DNA of 34,884 bases from a virus (lineage: Duplodnaviria > Caudoviricetes): positions 1-34,884 of the IMG/VR virus record IMGVR_UViG_3300016667_000907. One strand, given 5' to 3'. Both the position numbers and the translations under genes were made by a program. Positions 27,368 through 34,847 of the stretch are shown here, piece by piece. The number at the start of each line of letters is the position of its first letter. Positions within the stretch are counted from its first letter, which is position 1. Below the pieces are notes generated by a model. That model was not told the origin of the DNA and did no database searches. It worked only from the letters and a program-made list of their open reading frames with translations.

Positions 27368-27645
27368 ATACTATTCAGATCAATATCGATGATGTCGTCT
27401 ATTTCACACTTGTACAGTACAATGAACGCCGTATTGATAGAGATCAGAAACAGAGAGCGTGCTATACTCTCTGGAGAAAACAGAAGAACAGCCAGAGTAA
27501 CCACTGAGATTCCCATGACTGTTCTAATAATAGAGCGTAGGCGATCTTGTGGGGTTTCGTGTATAGCCACGCCCCAGCATAGAACAGCCAGGGCTATACA
27601 CGCACCCACGAGCACCGCCACAATAAACCCGACTATAATACCCAT
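27364..27645 (-). CDS. Small membrane protein
   Basis: Two to three hydrophobic segments; AAGGA RBS. Confidence 0.6.
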   Translation of the reverse strand: MGIIVGFIVAVLVGACIALAVLCWGVAIHETPQDRLRSIIRTVMGISVVTLAVLLFSPESIARSLFLISINTAFIVLYKCEIDDIIDIDLNSI

Positions 27646-27670
27646 ATAATTTGTTCCTTAGGAGGATGTT

Positions 27671-28201
27671 ATGATTGTAAGTATACTAGGATTAACACTA
27701 GCCACATTTATAGGTGGGCTAGGATTTAGAGTCAGAGGGGGTCTTTGGGGTGAGCGTATTGGATGGGGTGCCACCAAGGCTCGCTTCGTCGCGTGGGCCA
27801 CCCCCATGGCCTTCATTCAATATTTTGCTTGGAGTCAATCCGCCATATGGATGATTCCTATTTTCATCATCGCGTGGTGGTTGGGATGTTTGCTTCCGTG
27901 GTGGAAGAGTCTCGACATGGGTCGCGATGAAGGTCCTTGGTGGAAGGACTTTATTCTACATTCCGTTAGAGGTATATGGTGGTGTTTACCCCCGGTACTA
28001 GTCATGTGGGGATTAACATTATCCATTCCTTTTAGTACACTACTAATACTAGGTGCTGGACTACTATGCGGGGTGGTGTATGAGATCGGTTATCAGATAA
28101 AGGAAAGGGTATCTGATTTCATGCAAGGATCTGAATATGGAGAGATTATATTTGGAGCGCTAATAGCGGCTACCACCACTCTAGTTTTGTATGGACTCTA
28201 G
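27671..28201 (+). CDS. Trp-rich multi-pass membrane protein
   Basis: AGGAGG RBS; several hydrophobic helices. Confidence 0.75.
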   Translation: MIVSILGLTLATFIGGLGFRVRGGLWGERIGWGATKARFVAWATPMAFIQYFAWSQSAIWMIPIFIIAWWLGCLLPWWKSLDMGRDEGPWWKDFILHSVRGIWWCLPPVLVMWGLTLSIPFSTLLILGAGLLCGVVYEIGYQIKERVSDFMQGSEYGEIIFGALIAATTTLVLYGL

Positions 28202-28531
28202 AGAGAGTAGTTCCACACTATAATCCGTGTAACCGATGCTGTTCAGAAAGTACTCAAGAATATCTTGAACCGAGACATCATCATCGCCAACACCATGAGG
28301 ATAAGAAGACGCACCTTGTAATTTGATGCATGTCTTCTTATCCTTCATCATAACCAGCATTTTACTGGTATCAAAGTAGTGAATATTTTTGGAGATGTAG
28401 GGACGTTGTTCCAGCACACAATCCCCCACGCAATGGTATGATACATTATTTTGCGCGTTGGTCAATTTAAACACCACCCAATCGACCAGAATATTATCGG
28501 GGTGGTCGGGAATGTCCACTACAGTCCACAT
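28181..28531 (-). CDS. Hypothetical protein
   Basis: 116-aa ORF, in tandem with upstream minus-strand genes. Confidence 0.6.
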   Translation of the reverse strand: MWTVVDIPDHPDNILVDWVVFKLTNAQNNVSYHCVGDCVLEQRPYISKNIHYFDTSKMLVMMKDKKTCIKLQGASSYPHGVGDDDVSVQDILEYFLNSIGYTDYSVELLSLESIQN

Positions 28532-28543
28532 TTTTTCACTCTC

Positions 28544-28720
28544 TTAACGGCTAGTATTATCTAGATTGATGCAGATAGCCCGAGAATTCTCGGGCACGGG
28601 TATTTGGCGAGTATTAACAATATCTCGCCAGACACCACACTCCCCCATACTACTAACCGGAATATGGGCATAGTCAATACCATTAATTGATGTCCAGAAC
28701 ACCACCACCAACCAGATCAT
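28544..28720 (-). CDS. Small exported/membrane protein (58 aa), absent from the ORF track
   Basis: MIWLVVVFWTSING...EC...AICINLDNTSR; TAAGGA RBS. Confidence 0.65.
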   Translation of the reverse strand: MIWLVVVFWTSINGIDYAHIPVSSMGECGVWRDIVNTRQIPVPENSRAICINLDNTSR

Positions 28721-28732
28721 ATAAAGATATCC

Positions 28733-28978
28733 TTATACGTAACGATACTGTGTATCGATGAGACCGTGACGAATATCATCACGTTCCATCATGAGGTAAT
28801 TAGCCATGGTACGTAGTTCATTGAGGCGGCGCTGTTCATAGGAAGAGTTGGGATTGGTACGACACACGTGCTTTTGCTCACGAATCATATCACTAATGAC
28901 GCGGTAGCGCATACGCCACTTGTGGCGTTCTTGCGTCCAGAAACGATTCCAGGTACGTACATCATCAGAAACCTTCAT
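28733..28978 (-). CDS. Hypothetical basic helical protein
   Basis: Start reassigned to MKVSDD, which has a GGAG RBS. Confidence 0.6.
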   Translation of the reverse strand: MKVSDDVRTWNRFWTQERHKWRMRYRVISDMIREQKHVCRTNPNSSYEQRRLNELRTMANYLMMERDDIRHGLIDTQYRYV

Positions 28979-29237
28979 GGTCAACATCTCCTTGGGACAC
29001 GGCATTAACACGACTAGCGATGGTATCTAGATCAGAGAGATTACGCCTCTCCCCCACCCATAATGTATAATCATATAGCGTAATATCGCGAGGAATCACA
29101 CGAAACAACCACCGCCCTTCTTGCTGATTAACCTCCTTGATGATCTGATAATAATGATCAGCCTTGAAGATATAAGAGAACGTTCTATCACAGTATTGAT
29201 AGCCGTGAGCAGTAATATCATTAATAGTAATCATCAA
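28965..29237 (-). CDS. Hypothetical protein
   Basis: GGAGG RBS; coupled to both neighbours. Confidence 0.65.
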   Translation of the reverse strand: MMITINDITAHGYQYCDRTFSYIFKADHYYQIIKEVNQQEGRWLFRVIPRDITLYDYTLWVGERRNLSDLDTIASRVNAVSQGDVDHEGF

Positions 29238-29431
29238 TCCTCCACGATATCAATATGCCCATTAACGGTATAGCCACAAGCACGAAGAAATTTCTCAAAG
29301 GCTTCGATAACAGTATAAGCGGATAAGTCCTTGCCATGCCATTCAATAGTAACAGATTCTTGAATATCATCAAGCTGCTCAGAACAGGAATTAGGAGAAC
29401 GATATTCAAAACGAAAGGACTGGTTAACCAT
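29234..29431 (-). CDS. Hypothetical protein
   Basis: TAAGGA RBS; F..FL.A.GY motif common in small phage proteins. Confidence 0.65.
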   Translation of the reverse strand: MVNQSFRFEYRSPNSCSEQLDDIQESVTIEWHGKDLSAYTVIEAFEKFLRACGYTVNGHIDIVED

Positions 29432-29463
29432 ATAAAGATATCCTTATATTAATTATTTGTAAT

Positions 29464-29518
29464 GGGGGGAGATAGGGAGAATATGGTGGGGAAAGGGATA
29501 GGGGGAGAGAATATAGGG
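29464..29518 (+). repeat. G-tract purine-rich element (six runs of 3-6 G)
   Basis: G runs start at 29464, 29475, 29488, 29495, 29501 and 29516; intergenic. Confidence 0.7.
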
Positions 29519-29687
29519 TTACAGGAGGTCCAGCAATCTGCCGTCCTCTGCGATGGCCCGCACGCGAGCCGTGGGATATTGCGCGTGTACCTGCGACATA
29601 TGGAAAGCGAGGTCCGCAGCCGTCGGTAGCACCAGTACCGTCATCCACACATATGTATCTTGAATCTGAATATAAATCACTGACTTT

Positions 29688-30548
29688 TTAACTCCTCAAG
29701 CAAGTAATTTTAGCGGTCCGCTCCCAATTCCCGGGATTAGCTTTCATGATAGAAGCGATCTTGATAGCCATTCGCAGCGAGAGCTCCCACAGATTATCAC
29801 TGTTCTTCTCAATAAAAGCCACTACTTCGTTGATCTGCTTCTTAGTTAAGCGATCAGAGAGCATACCATCCTCTTCGATGACCTGCTTAATACGCACAAT
29901 AAAGTCTCGCTTAGTACGCAGAGTTAGAGACAGGTAATGCGCTCGAGACACCAGAGCCGAGAGGTGTTCAGCCAGCTTATGACCAGACTGAATCATTCGA
30001 TCGAAGTCATAGTTAGTGATGAAGATAACGGAACCTTCGTAGTCAAACACAGTAGGAATAGGATCCTCGTCCTCATCACGCATCTTAGTCTCAGCACGCC
30101 AAGAGACCCTACGGCGTTCGGTGGTATCACAAGCCGCCTTAAGCAGGTTCAGAGTTACATCATCGAAGAAGACACTATCACTATCATCCAGTACCAGAAC
30201 ACTGTTCTTGTGGCGAGTCTCATAGAGCAGGCGATACAGACCAGTAGCCCGCACAAAGCCTCGAGCCACACGATACTCGGACTCATCCTTATTCTCGAGT
30301 ATACGCTCCACGGTAAAGGACTTACCCAGGCCGGGTGGACCAGAAGCAATCAACGCTCGGCTATCACCAGAGATAGTTGCCATGGCCAGCTCATGAAACA
30401 CATCGAAGCGTTCACGAATCCGCGTGCTGATCTCTTCATCAGTCTCATGTACCATGAGATCAGAGTTAGAGACCATGGGTACCACATTACTGCCAGACAT
30501 ACGGCGAGCGGTCATACGAAATCCAGTCTTGGGTACACCACGCGGCAT
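29688..30548 (-). CDS. P-loop/AAA+ ATPase
   Basis: Walker A GPPGLGKS, Walker B VLVLDD.D, sensor FITN, AL.SR; GGAGG RBS. Confidence 0.88.
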   Translation of the reverse strand: MPRGVPKTGFRMTARRMSGSNVVPMVSNSDLMVHETDEEISTRIRERFDVFHELAMATISGDSRALIASGPPGLGKSFTVERILENKDESEYRVARGFVRATGLYRLLYETRHKNSVLVLDDSDSVFFDDVTLNLLKAACDTTERRRVSWRAETKMRDEDEDPIPTVFDYEGSVIFITNYDFDRMIQSGHKLAEHLSALVSRAHYLSLTLRTKRDFIVRIKQVIEEDGMLSDRLTKKQINEVVAFIEKNSDNLWELSLRMAIKIASIMKANPGNWERTAKITCLRS

Positions 30549-30571
30549 AACGATCCTCCATCGATGAACTG

Positions 30572-30600
30572 CTTATAGCGGCTGGGAACTTATTATGCCA
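30572..30600 (-). promoter_or_regulatory. Early sigma70-like promoter TGGCAT-17-TATAAG
   Basis: Upstream of the ATPase gene; the same hexamers and spacing recur at 32026-32054. Confidence 0.7.
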
Positions 30601-30606
30601 TCAGAG

Positions 30607-31041
30607 TTAGCCGTACATCTTCTTTCGATTGAACTTAACCATGGGCGGGCCATAGTTAGAGTCCACATACTTCTCCTTAATCATCTTACTGATAGTGGTA
30701 TCATCCAGTTCAGGGTTAGAAGATAGAATAGACTTCATGAAGGATAGAGCAGATTCCGCTCGACCAGACTGACGCTTGGTAGTGGTCTTAACGGGCTTAG
30801 TAGCCTTATCAGAGTTAGCCTTAACCGCTTTCACACCCTTGATGCGGTTCATGGCCTCATCAATGGTATCAAAGATAGTAATACTCTCATCACGATTACG
30901 AATGGCAATCTCATCATGGACGAGATCATACACATAGTACTTGCCATTATAGATGACCGATTCCATGATCTGAAAGCGACCATCGATCAGATCACTGCAG
31001 TACCTACCGTCAGAGTTAGTTTGAAGAACGATATCAGCCAT
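30607..31041 (-). CDS. Hypothetical two-domain protein with basic C-terminal domain (possible DNA binding)
   Basis: GAGGAG RBS; K/T-rich linker followed by a short helical basic domain. Confidence 0.7.
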   Translation of the reverse strand: MADIVLQTNSDGRYCSDLIDGRFQIMESVIYNGKYYVYDLVHDEIAIRNRDESITIFDTIDEAMNRIKGVKAVKANSDKATKPVKTTTKRQSGRAESALSFMKSILSSNPELDDTTISKMIKEKYVDSNYGPPMVKFNRKKMYG

Positions 31042-31174
31042 TGTCTTCTCCTCTCCAACGCTTACGGTTATAGGCGCCTTTACCCTTCTTGGCCACTACT
31101 ATTTTTCGACCAAGCAGAGTTAGGTCCTTATGGTAAGGGTTTCTAGGCTTCTTAAGCTTAATTACGATCTTCAT
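31034..31174 (-). CDS. ArfA-like alternative ribosome-rescue factor (46 aa), absent from the ORF track
   Basis: MKIVIKLKKPRNPYHKDLTLLGRKIVVAKKGKGAYNRKRWRGEDNG; KKGKG(S/A)YxRK motif; GGGGA RBS. Confidence 0.72.
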   Translation of the reverse strand: MKIVIKLKKPRNPYHKDLTLLGRKIVVAKKGKGAYNRKRWRGEDNG

Positions 31175-31207
31175 ATTATTCCCCCAGGGAGGGAATAAAT
31201 CCCTCTG

Positions 31208-31513
31208 TTATGCGGCCGCCGCCTCTTCAGAGTTAGTAGCGGTAGCAATTCGCAGCTCATTGGCGATGCGAATACCCTGAATCAGACCAATGATCTGCTC
31301 TGCGGTATATCCGGTCAGAGTTACCACTGAACCAAAGCTAATATCAAAGAGGGCGCGAGCATACTTCTGTTCGGTAGAACGATTCAGAGTTACCTCCACG
31401 GGCGCACCCACCATGGCGGAAATCACCGGTACAATACCCGTGACAGCATCCTCCAGAGCAGAGTGAGACGCCGTCTTACGCACACGATCAGTCTTCTTAT
31501 AAACAGCCACCAT
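31208..31513 (-). CDS. Hypothetical early protein, paralog of 32102-32536
   Basis: Shared R.R.T.SH..L..AV, LNR....YARALFD motif. Confidence 0.8.
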   Translation of the reverse strand: MVAVYKKTDRVRKTASHSALEDAVTGIVPVISAMVGAPVEVTLNRSTEQKYARALFDISFGSVVTLTGYTAEQIIGLIQGIRIANELRIATATNSEEAAAA

Positions 31514-31573
31514 AATTCTTCATTCCTTCTCTTGGATACAGGTTATAGTGTATGGGAAGAAATAAAACCAGAG

Positions 31574-31753
31574 TTAGTTACTATACATCAACCCATTAAT
31601 TGGACTCCAGGAGACCACTACTTCCTCCTTGGAGTTAAGAATACAGCCTTCGAAGCAGCACATAATCAGGTGTTGAAGCGCTTCCTGTACCGTGGAGAAG
31701 CCCCCCTTCTTATAACCGGTATTGTAGAAGAAGATGGTATATTGATTATCCAT
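31574..31753 (-). CDS. Hypothetical protein (59 aa), absent from the ORF track
   Basis: MDNQYTIFFYNTGYKKGGFSTVQEALQH...WSPINGLMYSN; purine-rich RBS; fills the gap in the minus-strand run. Confidence 0.65.
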   Translation of the reverse strand: MDNQYTIFFYNTGYKKGGFSTVQEALQHLIMCCFEGCILNSKEEVVVSWSPINGLMYSN

Positions 31754-31800
31754 ATGGATACTCTCTCTTTCCGTACTAAGATATACGTTATGGGAGAGAA

Positions 31801-31995
31801 TTACTCCACCGAATCCTTCCTCTGGCGACGCAGGTAGACTCGACCGGGAGTCTTAATTTCCAGCTGAACCTCCTCAGAAAACGCCTCATCCAGAAGTTGG
31901 CGCTTGATCATCTCATACTCATTGGCGTTAACGCCAGAGAACGAGGACCGACCATTCTCACCGAGTTCCAGCCAGATGCGGTTCGTATCGTACAT
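31801..31995 (-). CDS. Hypothetical protein (64 aa)
   Basis: Start reassigned to MYDTNRIW, which has a GAGGG RBS and an upstream promoter. Confidence 0.65.
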   Translation of the reverse strand: MYDTNRIWLELGENGRSSFSGVNANEYEMIKRQLLDEAFSEEVQLEIKTPGRVYLRRQRKDSVE

Positions 31996-32025
31996 GTGCT
32001 CGTCCCTCTCAATCTCAATAACCCG

Positions 32026-32054
32026 CTTATAGCCTATGGGAGGGATCGATGCCA
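32026..32054 (-). promoter_or_regulatory. Early sigma70-like promoter TGGCAT-17-TATAAG
   Basis: Identical hexamers and spacing to 30572-30600. Confidence 0.7.
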
Positions 32055-32101
32055 CAGGTAAAGGCCTCGCCCAGTTACCTGAGCGAGGCGCTATGTTACC
32101 A

Positions 32102-32536
32102 CTACTCAGCGTCGTTTTTTTCCTCAGGGGCTTGATCCTTCTTCTGACGACGAGAAACCCGTTGATCTTTATTCTCCCGCTCACGTTCCCGTCGTGCAGC
32201 CAGCATTCTCTCACGACGTTGATCGGTGGCGGTAACATCATGCATCATACGCACACCATTCATAACAGCCAGCAGTTCTTCTACGGTGGAGTTCTCTACC
32301 TTGTTCTTGCCAATGCGAAGATCAAAGAGAGCTCGTGCATACCGATGCCCCTGGGCACGATTGAGTTCAATGGGAACATTGTACCCCACCGCTTTTTCCA
32401 GAAGAGCCTGCAGGCTTTCAACCGCTTCCTTCAACCGTTCATGTGACTGTGTACGGCGAATACGGTGCGGTTCTTTCTGATCAGTGTTAGCATTTTCAGA
32501 GTTAGAAGTATTGTCAATCTTGATGGCGTCGTTCAT
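32102..32536 (-). CDS. Hypothetical early protein, paralog of 31208-31513, charged tail
   Basis: GAGGAG RBS; YARALFD motif. Confidence 0.8.
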   Translation of the reverse strand: MNDAIKIDNTSNSENANTDQKEPHRIRRTQSHERLKEAVESLQALLEKAVGYNVPIELNRAQGHRYARALFDLRIGKNKVENSTVEELLAVMNGVRMMHDVTATDQRRERMLAARRERERENKDQRVSRRQKKDQAPEEKNDAE

Positions 32537-32634
32537 GTCAGTGTCTCCTCTTGGCTTCTGACATGAACGATTATGTTTGTCTTAAACCCAAGATTCCACA
32601 CAGAAATCCGTGGATAAAGTTTATTTTATCCGAG

Positions 32635-32865
32635 CTATTCCTTGTGGATCTTTTCTCCGACATGATACGACACTGTTTCGGTTACGATATCCGTGGTGTC
32701 ATAGATGGCTTCGATAAGAGAATCATTCTCTTTCAAGGCATCGACACAGTCTTCTATGTGGATTCGTACCGTTTCGTTGATCTCATCCTGTGTCAGGGTA
32801 TCGAGATCATCATCTTCATTGAATTCAAACGTAACATATACTGGTATCATGATTTCATACTTCAT
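32635..32865 (-). CDS. Small highly acidic protein
   Basis: TAAGGA RBS; D/E-rich; similar to 34183-34401. Confidence 0.75.
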   Translation of the reverse strand: MKYEIMIPVYVTFEFNEDDDLDTLTQDEINETVRIHIEDCVDALKENDSLIEAIYDTTDIVTETVSYHVGEKIHKE

Positions 32866-32904
32866 AACCAGATCCTTATATTAGTTATTGAGCACAACAT
32901 AGTG

Positions 32905-32933
32905 ATTATATACTGACCAGGGAAGTATGGCAA
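32905..32933 (-). promoter_or_regulatory. Early sigma70 promoter TTGCCA-17-TATAAT
   Basis: Near-consensus, with an AT-rich upstream element. Confidence 0.8.
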
Positions 32934-33266
32934 CAGAAAAATGCCAAAAATCGGAAATTTTTTCCTGGCATTATTATTTCCTATTGATATCAGGATAAAC
33001 GGGCATCTGCCCATTAGGGTTTGGGAGAGAATATAGCAACAGCTTCGAAGTCTCAGGCTAGATCACGGTTTCTCGCGACCCATCGAAACTGTAACCCATT
33101 GAAATCATTGGGGTTATGGATACGCTTTCGAAAACCTTAAGTCGTTGAAATCATTGAGGAATTTCCGAAAACTGCGCATCTAAACCCGGGCCCTCATATC
33201 GATACACTGTAAGCCCGCTGAGCTCGAGGAATCATTCTGGACGCAGAAGGAAGAAAAAAATCTACG

Positions 33267-33295
33267 TTGCAATATTTCTCCCTTCCCTCTATAAA
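33267..33295 (+). promoter_or_regulatory. Early sigma70 promoter TTGCAA-17-TATAAA
   Basis: A-tract UP element upstream; GGAG RBS downstream. Confidence 0.75.
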
Positions 33296-33319
33296 CCAGT
33301 TATAAGATGGAGAGATGAG

Positions 33320-33568
33320 ATGAAAGCTGCAACGATTATTCGCCGCGTGGCGAAGGATTTCTACGGTAACAACAATTTCTTCCTCTTTAACGATAAGATG
33401 AAGGATGGCCGTAGAAGCGTAAAGGTGCAAGTGTGTTGGAATTACGCGCGGAAGGACAAGGGCAGTGTTCCCACTTTCGTGGACTTTGCACGGGAATGCC
33501 TGTATCGTTTACGTAAGTGCGGTTACCGCCCGGTTATGAATCCGAGGGAATATCGCTTCTGGGTTTAG
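33320..33568 (+). CDS. Hypothetical basic early protein
   Basis: Has its own promoter and RBS; 82 aa. Confidence 0.7.
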   Translation: MKAATIIRRVAKDFYGNNNFFLFNDKMKDGRRSVKVQVCWNYARKDKGSVPTFVDFARECLYRLRKCGYRPVMNPREYRFWV

Positions 33569-33623
33569 TTACTTTATTTCTTCCTGGAAACCATAACAAA
33601 TCATAAGATGAAGGAGAGACGAA

Positions 33624-33773
33624 ATGCTTGAAGTGACCGATTTCGACCGCGAGTGGTTCAAGAATACCACCAACCGGGAAGGTACCGATCAAGAGATCTT
33701 TCGGTTTCTGGAGGAAATTAATCGGTACGTATCTTCCCTGGAAATCTCTCCAGAACTTTATTCTGGAGAGTAA
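33624..33773 (+). CDS. Hypothetical protein (49 aa), absent from the ORF track
   Basis: AAGGAG RBS; MLEVTDFDREWFKN...ELYSGE. Confidence 0.7.
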   Translation: MLEVTDFDREWFKNTTNREGTDQEIFRFLEEINRYVSSLEISPELYSGE

Positions 33774-33816
33774 ACCTCCCGACCGGTATCCATTGGTGGC
33801 CAAGGGAGGCAATACA

Positions 33817-33912
33817 ATGGATAACGCGGACATCAAACTGGTAATAGTCACTTTTGTCATCAGTACATTGGTGGCGATACTAATCGGCCTGGGATTATTC
33901 ACATTGATCTAA
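33817..33912 (+). CDS. Single-TM micropeptide (31 aa), absent from the ORF track
   Basis: GGGAGG RBS; MDNADIKLVIVTFVISTLVAILIGLGLFTLI. Confidence 0.6.
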   Translation: MDNADIKLVIVTFVISTLVAILIGLGLFTLI

Positions 33913-33925
33913 TACCGGTCTATAG

Positions 33926-33984
33926 AGGGAAAACACGTGTTCTAACCTATTGATTTTATTGGTGAAAAAACACGTGTTTTCCCT
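33926..33984. repeat. Perfect 16-bp inverted repeat flanking an IHF-consensus site
   Basis: AGGGAAAACACGTGTT (33926-33941) and AACACGTGTTTTCCCT (33969-33984); TAACCTATTGATT at 33943-33955. Confidence 0.85.
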
Positions 33985-34182
33985 GTTTTCCTGTTTCCTA
34001 TATGGTGGTATAGGCAAAACAAAAAAAGGGGTCAAGGAATGCATGACTTTTGACCTAACCAGTTGATTTAAAAGGAAAAATCAGGCTGTTATTCTGATAT
34101 CAGAATGACTGTAACTCGGAACTTTTTCTAGCTTCGTTTCCTCCCTTACCTTATAACCATATCGTCATGAGGAGACACTGAC

Positions 34183-34401
34183 ATGAAGGTTCGTATTATG
34201 GTCGAGTTTGACGTGGAACTCGAAACCGACGGTGAGGAACTCGATATGGATGTAATCCGTACCGAAGCAACCGAATGCCTTCGTATTCACGTGGAGAATA
34301 TGATGGATAACGATAACGAAATCGAACGTCTCGTCGATGATATGTCCGATAACATTGACTTTCTTGTGTCTGGTCTAGAATACAAGGTTACCGCTGCTTA
34401 A
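34183..34401 (+). CDS. Small highly acidic protein
   Basis: GAGGAG RBS; TATAAC -10 at 34152; D/E-rich. Confidence 0.8.
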   Translation: MKVRIMVEFDVELETDGEELDMDVIRTEATECLRIHVENMMDNDNEIERLVDDMSDNIDFLVSGLEYKVTAA

Positions 34402-34456
34402 CCGCGGGGAAGAAAAAAGACCAGGAATATGGGGGTAATGTGAGCCATATTCCTGG

Positions 34457-34485
34457 TTGATCGATTTCCTCCCTTATGCTATAAA
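34457..34485 (+). promoter_or_regulatory. Early sigma70-like promoter TTGATC-17-TATAAA, preceded by a 13-bp inverted repeat
   Basis: Inverted repeat ACCAGGAATATGG/CCATATTCCTGGT spans 34420-34457. Confidence 0.7.
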
Positions 34486-34511
34486 TGGGTATAAGGTAAG
34501 GAGATGTGGTG

Positions 34512-34847
34512 ATGGTGACCAAGGAATCTCTGGGCCGTATGATCGAGACCGCTGATCAGGAAAAGGTCAAGCACATTATCGGTCGGGCTCTGGTGGCTTT
34601 GTTTCGTCGTCAAACCGCGAGTGAGAAGGCAGTTAACACCGCTAACACAACCAACCTGCAAGGCTTTAATCAGTCCGATGCGCGTTGTGGTTGTTTGGGT
34701 GCGAAGTACTATCTTAAGCACGGCACCATGGAAGACTGGCAGGTGGCTATGTGGCTGAAGAAGGATCGCCGCGGCACCTTGCGTATTCAGAAGTATTGGA
34801 AGCAGCTGGCGGAAGAGGCCAAGGCAAAGGCGGCGAAAGCCGCCTGA
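34512..34847 (+). CDS. Conserved hypothetical phage protein
   Basis: AAGGAG RBS; RAL..LF.RQT..E...N..GF...DA...KY..QL pattern. Confidence 0.8.
   Translation: MVTKESLGRMIETADQEKVKHIIGRALVALFRRQTASEKAVNTANTTNLQGFNQSDARCGCLGAKYYLKHGTMEDWQVAMWLKKDRRGTLRIQKYWKQLAEEAKAKAAKAA

Larger units (their letters stand above)
29919..32504 (-). repeat. Dispersed co-oriented 8-mer CAGAGTTA (12 exact copies)
   Basis: Copies start at 29919, 30150, 30461, 30602, 30810, 31011, 31115, 31228, 31316, 31385, 31569 and 32497. Confidence 0.9.

Noticed and set aside
29919-32504. CRISPR-like array interpretation of the CAGAGTTA repeats
   Set aside because: The repeats are only 8-10 bp, irregularly spaced and lie inside coding sequence; no cas genes are present.
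29746-32916. Plus-strand ORFs (29937-30578, 30916-31146, 31463-31837, 32036-32446, 32551-32916)
   Set aside because: They are shadows of minus-strand genes that have RBSs, promoters and motifs.
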